Shown: in pieces, positions 8,525-17,649 of the stretch | How the letters are laid out: each line of letters begins with the position of its first letter | Position numbering within the stretch: the stretch's first letter is position 1 | NCBI GenBank assembly: GCA_963705005.1 | Contig: CAVPIO010000001.1 | Coordinates: 317,752-381,751, forward strand | Reading direction: 5' to 3' | Source of the DNA: an uncultured Chitinophagaceae bacterium | GTDB lineage: Bacteria; Bacteroidota; Bacteroidia; Chitinophagales; Chitinophagaceae | Length of the DNA stretch: 64,000 bases | Notes under the pieces: generated by a model | The model's input: the letters and a program-made list of their open reading frames with translations, nothing else | What the model was told of the DNA's origin: nothing | The model's database searches: none | Translations under genes and position numbers: made by a program

Positions 8525-9636
8525 ATGCGCTTTCAATTCAATTCCCTGCCTTTCTACCATAAACTGGCATCTGTTATGGTAAGCCTGATTGCAATCGGTT
8601 ACCTGGTTATTCTGTCAAAAGAATTGCTGAGTCCAATTATTTTTTCCTGTTTATTTTCCATTTTGCTGCTTCCGCTCGCCAGTTTCCTGGAAAACAAATT
8701 CAGGTTGCCAAGGGGGGAGCTTCCATGCTGGCGGTCCTGCTTTTATTGGCAGCCATTTCTCTTATCGTATATGTTGTCGGAGCTCAGATCGGAGCGCTGG
8801 CAGATGACTGGCCGCAGTTTAAGCAGCAGCTCTTCAGCTCCCTTTCCGATCTCCAGCACTGGATTTCGCGCAAATACCATATCAATGCGCATAAGCAATT
8901 GAATTATGTTCAGTCGGCTACTTCCCAGGTGCTGGCTTCCGGCACTACCGTAGTGGGCGCAACATTGCTTTCCCTTTCCTCGATCCTTTTATTTTTAATC
9001 TTTACATTTATTTATACCTTCTTTTTTCTTACCTACCGGAGACTCATCATGACTTTTCTCATCTCCGTATTTCTGGAAGAAAATTCCCTGATCGTTCATG
9101 AAATAGTTGAAAATGTTCAATTCATCCTGCGGAAATATATTCTGGGATTATTTATCGAGATGGTAATCGTCTCTACTTTTGTCTGTATTGTATTCTGGGC
9201 CCTGGATGTGAAATATGCCATATTGCTTGGGTTGATCACCGGCCTGTTTAATATCATTCCTTACCTGGGCATTTTTACTGCTTTGTTACTGAGTTCGCTG
9301 ATCACTTTTGCCACGGCTGTGGTTGCGGGTAAAGTAATACTGGTGATCATAACCCTGGTAGTAACCCATCTGATCGACAGCAACGTGCTGTTGCCGGTGA
9401 TTGTTGGATCCAAGGTGAAAATAAATCCGCTCATTACGGTGCTGGGCGTGGTGATCGGCGAAATGATCTGGGGAATTTCCGGCATGTTCTTATCCATTCC
9501 GGTTATAGCCGTTATGAAAATAGTTTTTGACCGGGTGCAGAGTCTAAAGCCATGGGGCGTTTTATTGGGAGAAGAAGAAAGGCCGGTCCGCAGTAAGACC
9601 ATCCCATTGGCTGTCCGTCCTGACCCGAAGCAATGA
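8525..9636 (+). pseudogene. AI-2E family (PerM-like) transporter, split by a -1 frameshift at a G6 run
   Basis: ORFs 8525-8902 and 8725-9636 are the N- and C-terminal parts of one polytopic permease (NIIPYLG, SIPVIAV). The frames join if the G6 run at 8712-8717 is read as G7 (..RLPRGGASMLAVLLL..). 1112 nt plus 1 is 1113 nt, or 371 codons. Confidence 0.8.
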
Positions 9637-9703
9637 AACTTCACGGTTTCCGGTTACCCGGAGTTATTGTTATTCGAGATGGGAAATAAAAAATGAGGCC
9701 TGA

Positions 9704-9952
9704 CTATTCATGTTTCAGGGATCTTGTATATTCCCTGAAAACGCTGATCGTACGCCCCAGGAATTCCTCCACTTGTTCTTTATCGAGGAGTTGGACATCG
9801 TACCTCCCGTTTGGTTTCATACTGGCCAGCATTTCAAAATCCGGTCCGGTGGCGATATATGGATTCTGAGATATTAATCCGGGCTTCATCTCTTTTTCTG
9901 CAATGAGTTTCTCAAGTTCTTCGCGGGTGAGATCAGACAATTTGGAAGACAT
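9704..9952 (-). CDS. Hypothetical protein (82 aa)
   Basis: This is an intact ATG-initiated ORF with protein-like composition (MSSKLSDLTREELEKLIAEKEMKPG...). I do not recognise a family. Confidence 0.5.
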   Translation of the reverse strand: MSSKLSDLTREELEKLIAEKEMKPGLISQNPYIATGPDFEMLASMKPNGRYDVQLLDKEQVEEFLGRTISVFREYTRSLKHE

Positions 9953-10258
9953 GACCGGGTTTTTTCAAAGTTCGCAAAATATCGGAGCAGACAAAATGCA
10001 ACCGGCAATTTGATTATAAACCATTTGTTAATGCTTATAAAATCCGGGGTCTTCTGATCTGAAATATTCCCCGGGAATTCAATAAACGCTATTTCCTTTC
10101 AAAAACAGGGTTTTTTAACGCTATTGGCCGGTTTTAAAATTTCCTATATCTGCCGGAGTCGCCAGGCCCCAACAGAAGGATTCCCCCGGGTTTTGATATT
10201 GGGGATAAACTCTTGGGCAAGGGGCGGATATTTCCGGAAAAATTATGCGGGAAGGTTT

Positions 10259-10266
10259 TACATTTG
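10259..10266 (+). promoter_or_regulatory. Candidate -7 promoter box TACATTTG, 4 nt upstream of the ATG at 10271
   Basis: The sequence is TACATTTG-tatt-ATG and matches the TAnnTTTG consensus. Confidence 0.3.
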
Positions 10267-10270
10267 TATT

Positions 10271-10528
10271 ATGGCAGTTTTGAAAAATGTGCAGTTTTCG
10301 AAGTTGATCAAGGCCGAGGGTCGTTTGCGGGAATTCAATTTCAGAAAGAGTAATGGGATCGGTGGTTCGGTATACCATGTAGATGTAAGTGACGACCGGG
10401 GCAACCGGTATTATCTGACCCTTTTACCAGTGGATGATGTCTGGACCGTCCAGGAAAATAATTTACCGCCATGGGTTCAGGAGGCAGTCCCTCAATTTAA
10501 TCCAGCTATTCAGGAGCAGGAAGCGTAA
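10271..10528 (+). CDS. Small conserved hypothetical protein (85 aa), paralog of 60775-61044
   Basis: The start was moved to the internal ATG (MAVLKNVQFSKLIKAEGRLREFNFRKSNG...VDVSDDRGNR...). It shares the invariant blocks EGRLREFNFRK and VDVSDDRGNR with the 89-aa ORF at 60775-61044. Confidence 0.7.
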   Translation: MAVLKNVQFSKLIKAEGRLREFNFRKSNGIGGSVYHVDVSDDRGNRYYLTLLPVDDVWTVQENNLPPWVQEAVPQFNPAIQEQEA

Positions 10529-10539
10529 AACATTCCTTT

Positions 10540-10872
10540 CTACTTTTTTTCTACCACCACCGCAGTTCCATATGCCAGCACTTCCGTGACGCCGTTCATC
10601 ACTTCATTGGCATCGTAACGCATGTTGATTACAGCATTTGCTCCTCTTTCGAATGCGTGCTGTATCATGTGTTGAAAAGCTTCTTCACGCGTCGTCTCGC
10701 ATAATTCCACATAAATGGAAATCTTGCCTCCGAAAAGAGTCTGGATTCCACCCGCCACATTGCCAAGTATACTGCGGGAGCGTACGGTAATGCCGCGGAC
10801 AATACCCAGGCTTCTTACTATCTGATATCCGTTGAGTTCTATGTTTGTGGTTATCATTGCAGGGTCAATCAT
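10540..10872 (-). CDS. YbjQ/UPF0145 family protein
   Basis: This is a 110-aa ORF with typical YbjQ sequence: GIVRGITVRSRSILGNVAGGIQTLFGG...EAFQHMIQHAFERGANAVINMRYD. Confidence 0.85.
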   Translation of the reverse strand: MIDPAMITTNIELNGYQIVRSLGIVRGITVRSRSILGNVAGGIQTLFGGKISIYVELCETTREEAFQHMIQHAFERGANAVINMRYDANEVMNGVTEVLAYGTAVVVEKK

Positions 10873-10909
10873 AAAAATTATTTTATACTTGTTTGAAGTG
10901 AATAAATAA

Positions 10910-13168
10910 TCAGGGTTGGTAGCCGAAGACCGCTTTCTTGTCGCCGATCATCAAATCAAAATCCCCGGCTTCCGTAACGGTTTTCAATTGAGCATTTACA
11001 AACGAGAGATCATTTTTGTCGATCGTAAAGACCACTGTTTTTGATTCTCCGGCTTTCAGCGAAATTTTCTGAAATGCCCTGAGGCGTTTCATACTTGGCG
11101 TTATACTGGCATAATGCTGATGCGAATACAATTCAACGGTATGCTTGCCATCCCGGGTCCCGGCATTGGTAACGGTAATGCTTACCTGCAGTTTTTCAGA
11201 ACCCTTCAGGAATTTGGTATTTAACCCGATTTCCCCATACGAGAACTGGGTGTAGCTTAGCCCCGATCCAAAGGGGAACAGGGGATCATAACCATTCCAG
11301 GTCATGTTGGCGTTGAAAATTTCCCTTACGTCTTCCGAATGTTTGCGGTCGTATAAAACCATTTCCCCCATACTTCTTGGGTAAGAATAGGGCAGTAGTC
11401 CATCCGGATTGTAATCGCCAGTCAAAACATCGGCAATGGCCTCGGCGGATTTCCTGCCGGACCAGTAAGCCATCAGTATTCCCTGCATAGATGGTTCGAT
11501 GGAAGTAATGAGTCTCGGCCTGCCTTCCGAAAGAACCAATATTACGGGCTTCCCGGTGTTGGCTGCGGCCCTGGCGAGGGCCAGCTGATTTTCCGGGAGT
11601 ACGAGGTCGCGGATATTACCAGGACTCTCCGCATACGCATCCTCTCCAAGGCACAGGATTATTGCATCCACGTTCGCTGCTGCTTCTTTTAGTTTTGCGG
11701 TGTCAAAATTATCAGGATTTTCAAATCCCTTACTCCCGGCAACAATAACCTGTCCGGGTTTAAATTTTCCCTCCAGCGCCTGCACAATGGTCTTGCTGTC
11801 TTCCGGATACCATTTTTCATCTTTGCCCTGCCAGGTATAGGACCAGCATCCATTGAGAGCAGATATACTTTGCGCGGCCGGACCGGCAACAAGAATTTTT
11901 TTGTCTTTGGAAATTGGAAGAATATGATCCTGATTTTTTAAAAGGGTCATGGCCTCATGGGCCGCATCCAGGGCCAGTGACTGGTATTCGGGTCTTCCGA
12001 AATTGGATTCAGTCCCTTTTTCCGGATAGGGATTATCGAATAATCCCAGCGCATATTTAAGTGTAAGTATTCTGCGGACTGCTTCATCGATGCGACTCAT
12101 GGAAACTTCCTTTTTTTCAACAGCCTCCTTTAACAAATCAAAAAATGAATAGTCAGTAGGTACCATGCTCATGTCAACGCCTGCGTTCACTGCGAGCACC
12201 ACGGCCTGCCTGGGCGTGGCAGCAACGAGATGGCGTGTGTGAAGACGGATGATGTCTTCCCAGTCACTTACAATCACCCCCTGAAATCCAAGTTCCTTAC
12301 GAAGTACATCGGTGAGCAGATAGTGGCTGGCGTGAACAGGAGTTCCATTTATCTCTCCGGAATTGATCATGATGGTGGAAGCCCCTGCTTTTATTGCTTC
12401 CCTGAACTGAGGCAAATAATACTCGCGCATTTCGATTTCAGGCAGATATGCAGGAGTCCTGTCCTTACCCGTTCTCGGGTCTGAATAACCCAGATAGTGT
12501 TTCATGCAGGCTGCAACGGCCGTAGGATTGGCCAAACCATCTCCCTGGTAAGCGCGGATCGCAGCAGAACCCATGGTCTTGCCGATAAAAACATCCTCAC
12601 CATAAGTTTCAGGGAATCTTGACCAGAGCGGTTGACGCCCACAATCCAATACAGGCGCAAAATTCCATCGAACGCCAGACGCGCGCAGTTCTCTTGCGGT
12701 AGTGCCCGCAGCTTGGCTAACGAGTTCGGGATCACGCGTGGCAGCCATACCAATGCTTTGAGGGAAAAGCGTTGAATTTAGCGTGTAGGTCTGGCCGTGA
12801 ATTCCATCCAATCCATAGATTACGGGGATTTTTAGCCTGCTTTTTTTTGCTTCATCCTGTATGGTGGTCTGGATCTGACGCCAGGTCTGGACGGAGAAAG
12901 CATGCACCGTTGTATTGAGAATAGAACCTACTTTATAATCCAGAACTGCTTTTTTGAGCGCATCCGGGTCAAGCACACCATCTTCATTACCACCACCTCC
13001 TTTCGTGACCAGCCCTAATGTGACCTGGGTCATCTGCCCGATCTTTTCATCCAGGGTCATTTGTTTAAGCAGCGCCTCCACCTTTGGCTGATATGATGGA
13101 TTATTGATCTGGGCAAAGCTCTGTTGAAGAATCAAAAGGACCGAAGCGGCAAGAAGCAATCGTTTCAT
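10910..13168 (-). CDS. Glycoside hydrolase family 3 beta-glucosidase (BglX-like), secreted
   Basis: GH3 motifs are present (KHYLGYS, GVIVSDWE nucleophile region) with a C-terminal Fn3-like domain. The start was moved to ATG at 13166-13168, which gives the signal peptide MKRLLLAASVLLILQQSFAQ. Confidence 0.9.
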   Translation of the reverse strand: MKRLLLAASVLLILQQSFAQINNPSYQPKVEALLKQMTLDEKIGQMTQVTLGLVTKGGGGNEDGVLDPDALKKAVLDYKVGSILNTTVHAFSVQTWRQIQTTIQDEAKKSRLKIPVIYGLDGIHGQTYTLNSTLFPQSIGMAATRDPELVSQAAGTTARELRASGVRWNFAPVLDCGRQPLWSRFPETYGEDVFIGKTMGSAAIRAYQGDGLANPTAVAACMKHYLGYSDPRTGKDRTPAYLPEIEMREYYLPQFREAIKAGASTIMINSGEINGTPVHASHYLLTDVLRKELGFQGVIVSDWEDIIRLHTRHLVAATPRQAVVLAVNAGVDMSMVPTDYSFFDLLKEAVEKKEVSMSRIDEAVRRILTLKYALGLFDNPYPEKGTESNFGRPEYQSLALDAAHEAMTLLKNQDHILPISKDKKILVAGPAAQSISALNGCWSYTWQGKDEKWYPEDSKTIVQALEGKFKPGQVIVAGSKGFENPDNFDTAKLKEAAANVDAIILCLGEDAYAESPGNIRDLVLPENQLALARAAANTGKPVILVLSEGRPRLITSIEPSMQGILMAYWSGRKSAEAIADVLTGDYNPDGLLPYSYPRSMGEMVLYDRKHSEDVREIFNANMTWNGYDPLFPFGSGLSYTQFSYGEIGLNTKFLKGSEKLQVSITVTNAGTRDGKHTVELYSHQHYASITPSMKRLRAFQKISLKAGESKTVVFTIDKNDLSFVNAQLKTVTEAGDFDLMIGDKKAVFGYQP

Positions 13169-13317
13169 TGTATATATAGCTGTTTTGGGTTTTGCAGAAA
13201 CGTAAAAATAGATTATCTGGAGAAATTTTAACGTGCTTCTTTTAGGCATTTTATGCAGAAATTGAAAGATAATCGGCATTTTTGGTAGTCCCGGGCTGTG
13301 CGACCAATACCAACTTC

Positions 13318-13911
13318 ATGAACAAAACAAGGCTGGAAACATTTAGTGACGGGGTGCTGGCGATTATCATCACCATCATGGTCCTGGAAATCAAAATTCC
13401 GCAAAATGCTGAATGGAGTGCACTAAAGGAAGTATATCCCTATTTCCTAAGCTATGCGCTGAGTTTTGTATTCGTTGGCATTTATTGGGGAAATCACCAT
13501 CACCTGTTTCACACTTTTCAAAATATCAATGCCGGAATAATTTGGGCGAATCTTAATTTGCTCTTCTGGTTATCGATGGTTCCTATTGTTACCGGCTGGA
13601 TGGGAGAGAATCATTTTGCAAGGAATTCGGTCATATTGTATGCAGGCCTGCTGGTCATGTGCGGACTTGCTTTTACCATTCTTCAGATTTGCATTCAGCG
13701 GGTAAACCGCAACAATGCAAAGCTGAAGCGCGCTTTTGAACAGGTTATGCGCAAGGGGGTTTTCTCCGTAATATGTTATTCCCTGGCCATACCCCTGGCT
13801 TACTATAGCACAATGTTCTCCGGATTGCTTTTTGTAGTTGTTGCCATTTGCTGGATCATCCCGGATAAAAATATTGAGCGCGCTCTCGGCAAAAACGACG
13901 AACAGGGGTAA
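13318..13911 (+). CDS. TMEM175-family (DUF1211) potassium channel-like membrane protein
   Basis: The signature RLETFSDGVLAIIITIMVLE is at the N-terminus and there are six predicted TM segments. The start was moved to ATG 13318. Confidence 0.8.
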   Translation: MNKTRLETFSDGVLAIIITIMVLEIKIPQNAEWSALKEVYPYFLSYALSFVFVGIYWGNHHHLFHTFQNINAGIIWANLNLLFWLSMVPIVTGWMGENHFARNSVILYAGLLVMCGLAFTILQICIQRVNRNNAKLKRAFEQVMRKGVFSVICYSLAIPLAYYSTMFSGLLFVVVAICWIIPDKNIERALGKNDEQG

Positions 13912-13984
13912 ACCCTTAGCAGACAATAAACCCCAGTGATCCCCGTTTTCAAATTTTCATTTCAACCCTAAATCTCAGCCTGTT

Positions 13985-14560
13985 ATGAAAAACCTCCTTG
14001 TTGCAATCCTTGCTGTCTTATTATCCCAGTTCACTTTTTCTCAAACCTTTATGCATGGTGTCGGAATTGTCACATTCATCCAGGCATCTCCGGGATATAG
14101 TACGTCTGTAACCGGCGGATTTACCTATTCCCCCAGGGTAAGTTTCCTGGAAACGGGAAATACCTCCCTTTCAGTAGGTATTCCACTCAGCGCAGGCGTT
14201 TCAGCCTCTTACTCCTATTCAAGCTATGGAGGAGAAAGCGGTAATCTCGGATTAATGCTGGACGCGCCGCTCATATTCAATTTCAATGTTGGAGCAGGGT
14301 CCAGTAAGGAAACGGAAAGCAGGTTCGGCTTCTTTGCCGGCGGTGGTTTTGGGTACCACGCAAGTTCTAACCGGGCAAGTGATCTTTTTGGGAATGATTT
14401 TTCCTATAAAGTAGCCGGTTTCGGTCCGGTGGCCAACATGGGCTTCCGCATCGGTGTGGGCAGGCGGTCCAAAAATATAGAGATCCGATTTTCCTATATG
14501 AAAACCCTGGATATCAGTAAATCAAATCTCTTTGGTCTGGGAGGTATTTTCAATTTGTAA
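13985..14560 (+). CDS. Secreted hypothetical protein, possibly a small outer-membrane beta-barrel
   Basis: It has the signal peptide MKNLLVAILAVLLSQFTFSQ. The composition is Gly/Ser/aromatic-rich and alternating, and the C-terminus ends with F..L. Confidence 0.55.
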   Translation: MKNLLVAILAVLLSQFTFSQTFMHGVGIVTFIQASPGYSTSVTGGFTYSPRVSFLETGNTSLSVGIPLSAGVSASYSYSSYGGESGNLGLMLDAPLIFNFNVGAGSSKETESRFGFFAGGGFGYHASSNRASDLFGNDFSYKVAGFGPVANMGFRIGVGRRSKNIEIRFSYMKTLDISKSNLFGLGGIFNL

Positions 14561-14706
14561 TTCATCCTTATCTCCTATATTATTCATGAAAAAATTACCC
14601 AATAGTTTTCTTTTCTTCGTATATGTATAATCGGATTTAATCAGTATCCCGCTTTCTCCGGCGCCGAATTACGATTGTGTTCGCCTTTGGGTTTCAGCTT
14701 CACACA

Positions 14707-15750
14707 TTATAAACTAGCCATATCAATTACAAAACGGTAACGAACATCGCCCTTTAGCATTCTATCGTAGGCGGTATGGATATATTTTATATCAATCACT
14801 TCCACATCGGATACAATGCTTTGAGCTGCACAATAATCCAGCATTTCCTGGGTTTCAGGCAATCCGCCAATCAGCGATCCGGCAATGCTTTTCCGGCCGC
14901 CAATCAAATTGAATCCAGAAATCTCAGTAGGCTTCGGAGGAGCTCCAAGGCAGATATGTACACCATTGGTCCGTAAAAGCCCGAGGAAAACATTGTGATC
15001 ATGCGGTGCCGAAACCGTGTCGATTATAAAATTAAAATAACCTTGCGCACTTTTCAATTGTTCCGGATCCTTCGTCAGCAGGAATTTATGTGCCCCCAGT
15101 CGTCTCGAGTCTGTCTCTTTTGATGGAGAACTGCTGAGCATGGTCACCTCCGCTCCAAATGCAGAGGCAAATTTTACCGCCATATGACCAAGACCTCCAA
15201 GGCCCAATATGCCAATTTTATGGCCATTCCCAACCTGCCAGTGTCTGAGTGGTGAATAGGTGGTAATACCTGCACACAACAAAGGCGCAACAGCCTCCAG
15301 CGGGAGTTTGTCTGAAATGCGAAATACAAAATCTTCATGGGCTACCATCAGTTTGGAATATCCTCCATAAGTTGGCGTTTTTTTGTCCTGCTCCATGCTG
15401 TTGTAAGTCTGTGAATTCCCATTCTGGCAATACTGCTCCAATCCTTCTACACAATTATCACAATGACGACAGGAATCCACAAGGCAGCCAACGGCAGCCA
15501 GATCGCCTGGTTTGAACTTGCTGACCTTAGTTCCTGTTTTAGTCACCCGCCCCACGAGTTCATGACCAGGCACCATTGGAAATGAAGAATTGCCCCACTC
15601 GTTTTTTATCTGATGAAGATCAGAATGGCATACTCCGCAATATAAAATATCGAATTGTACATCTCTTGGACCTGGCTCACGCCGGTCAAAACTCCAGGGG
15701 CTTAATTGCCCGTTAGCTTCACGGGCTGCATATCCTTTTGTCCTTGTCAT
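14707..15750 (-). CDS. Zn-dependent NAD(P) alcohol dehydrogenase (cinnamyl-alcohol dehydrogenase/YahK-like)
   Basis: Motifs CGVCHSDLH, GHELVGRV, the structural-Zn cysteines CRHCDNCVEGLEQYC and GLGGLGH are present. Confidence 0.9.
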   Translation of the reverse strand: MTRTKGYAAREANGQLSPWSFDRREPGPRDVQFDILYCGVCHSDLHQIKNEWGNSSFPMVPGHELVGRVTKTGTKVSKFKPGDLAAVGCLVDSCRHCDNCVEGLEQYCQNGNSQTYNSMEQDKKTPTYGGYSKLMVAHEDFVFRISDKLPLEAVAPLLCAGITTYSPLRHWQVGNGHKIGILGLGGLGHMAVKFASAFGAEVTMLSSSPSKETDSRRLGAHKFLLTKDPEQLKSAQGYFNFIIDTVSAPHDHNVFLGLLRTNGVHICLGAPPKPTEISGFNLIGGRKSIAGSLIGGLPETQEMLDYCAAQSIVSDVEVIDIKYIHTAYDRMLKGDVRYRFVIDMASL

Positions 15751-15838
15751 AGTATCGAAATTATTAATTTAATGAATACCTGTTCAACAGTTGTTTCGGA
15801 TAAGGGTTCGGTCATTAAAAAAAAATTACACTCCCAAC

Positions 15839-17566
15839 TCAGGGTCCTGATCTTCCGCAGTAAAATCCTTGCTTAATGGATGCGCCGATCTTTATGGGCC
15901 TGAATTCATTGTATTCATTCTCATTTGCCACCGGAAGCGGAGCATTCCATGAATCGTCGTGTTTAACTAGGTATACAATCGTTCCATCCGGAAAATGACC
16001 TTCAGCCATTTCTTCCGGCATCCGGTATGGAAGAGGGGGCTTTAATAATAATTTGTTGGCAAAAATCCATTCACGCGCGTAATAAAATAACCCGATGGCC
16101 GCCATAAAGATTGCGACAAACCAACCCAGGACCCAGGCATTCTTTACAAGAAAATATTTAAGCGCAATCGACAGAATCAAAATACAATAGATACTCATAA
16201 ATCCGTACCCGAATCTGAAATCCGGCGCTTTCAGTAACCAGAGACATATTCCACAAATCGCTGTAATGACTAAAATAATCTGGAAAAGATATTTACCAAA
16301 TGCCCGGATTCCGTTTCTGAACGCTATTGTGATGCTCAAAATCGCAAATGCAAAAGTTGTCGCCACCGCACCCAGGAAAAAGACCTTCTGAAATATGGTT
16401 TGTTGAGGAAACCATTTTGGAAACCATTGTATCAGGGTTTCAACAAAGGGCTGGCCGTAAGGTTGCGTAGGATCTGCAGCCATCACCATGATGGCTGATA
16501 CCTGAAATTTTACAAACCGGGATGGCATTTTCCAGGCGACAGGGAACAGATCAAGTGCGGGAAAAGGATAGAGGACATAGCCGGATAAAAATACATTCCG
16601 TGCGATCCAGGGCATCAGTAGCAGCAAGCCAATCCCTACCGAATACGGGATCGGTTTTAATTTTCCTGACTGCAATGCCAAAAATACCGGCAATATTAAA
16701 ACCGGAATCGCTGAAAGCTTGATTGTTACAGCCAAAAAGCTGTAAAATACAACCAGCATTTTTTTTGAAGGATCCTTCGCAGATCCGAGAAATAAAATAA
16801 ATATGATCCAGATCAGGAGACAAACAGGCAGATCCGCCGTACATGATTCAATAAAATTGAAATTAAACATCATCCAGTCGCTGGCCGTTCCGCGATAAAA
16901 AGCAAGCGCAGGAAGAATGAATATGGAACGCATGATCACAGGTAAGGATCGATCCCCCCGCATCAATTTTATCATACCGCCCATAGCATAGACCAGGACA
17001 TACAAAAACAACAAGCCGTTCAGGTCGTTAAATAATCCCAATTTCAAAAACGCAAATCCATACATGGCCTGCAGGATGAGCCAACTGCTGTTGAAACCAA
17101 TCCGTGAATTGAGATTCGCTAAGCCTCTGACCGTTCCGTATTCCTGCAGCCACTTGATGGAAGTGGAATAATATAAACCGTCGTCATGATGGGAAGATGG
17201 CTGGGAACTGATATTGCAAAAGACAATTAGGAAAATCAGGAAAAGAATCCACAAAACGATTGGCGCGTTTCTTAAATCCGATTTGGTCGTTTTCCACTGG
17301 CGGCCCAAATTTTTCCTATTAATAAAAGCAAAAAGGACCGCGATGAATAACAATATACTGCCTGCAATGGCAGCAAGCGGTATGAAAAGACAAAGAAGAG
17401 TGGAAATAAAAATAGTGGCCAACATTCCACTTATACAAACCAGAGGAAAGTTGGAAATATCCTGATCTTTCGATCCGGTAAACCTGTTGATCCCCGAGTG
17501 AATAAAACTGCCGATAACATAACTGATGGCAGTAATATAAACCCAGCAAAAAAGGATATAGATCAT
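15839..17566 (-). CDS. Polytopic integral membrane protein of unknown function (possible GT-C-like glycosyltransferase/polymerase)
   Basis: This is a 575-aa ORF with at least 12 hydrophobic segments. It has an early loop motif SSHHDDGLYYSTSIKWL and a soluble C-terminal tail of about 60 aa. The family assignment is tentative. Confidence 0.5.
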   Translation of the reverse strand: MIYILFCWVYITAISYVIGSFIHSGINRFTGSKDQDISNFPLVCISGMLATIFISTLLCLFIPLAAIAGSILLFIAVLFAFINRKNLGRQWKTTKSDLRNAPIVLWILFLIFLIVFCNISSQPSSHHDDGLYYSTSIKWLQEYGTVRGLANLNSRIGFNSSWLILQAMYGFAFLKLGLFNDLNGLLFLYVLVYAMGGMIKLMRGDRSLPVIMRSIFILPALAFYRGTASDWMMFNFNFIESCTADLPVCLLIWIIFILFLGSAKDPSKKMLVVFYSFLAVTIKLSAIPVLILPVFLALQSGKLKPIPYSVGIGLLLLMPWIARNVFLSGYVLYPFPALDLFPVAWKMPSRFVKFQVSAIMVMAADPTQPYGQPFVETLIQWFPKWFPQQTIFQKVFFLGAVATTFAFAILSITIAFRNGIRAFGKYLFQIILVITAICGICLWLLKAPDFRFGYGFMSIYCILILSIALKYFLVKNAWVLGWFVAIFMAAIGLFYYAREWIFANKLLLKPPLPYRMPEEMAEGHFPDGTIVYLVKHDDSWNAPLPVANENEYNEFRPIKIGASIKQGFYCGRSGP

Positions 17567-17649
17567 AATATTGAATACCCGGAGGATGGGACGGGGTGCT
17601 TTCTGTAACAGTTTCGGTCAGACCATTTGAGCATATCTTTTATTAATTT

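Noticed and set aside
10124-10270. N-terminal extension of the small conserved protein (ORF-track start 10124)
   Set aside because: The extension has no similarity to the paralog at 60775-61044. The paralog alignment begins at the internal ATG 10271, which is preceded by a -7-like box.
13169-13279. N-terminal extension of the GH3 gene
   Set aside because: The internal ATG at 13168 gives a standard signal peptide. The upstream 37 codons look non-coding.
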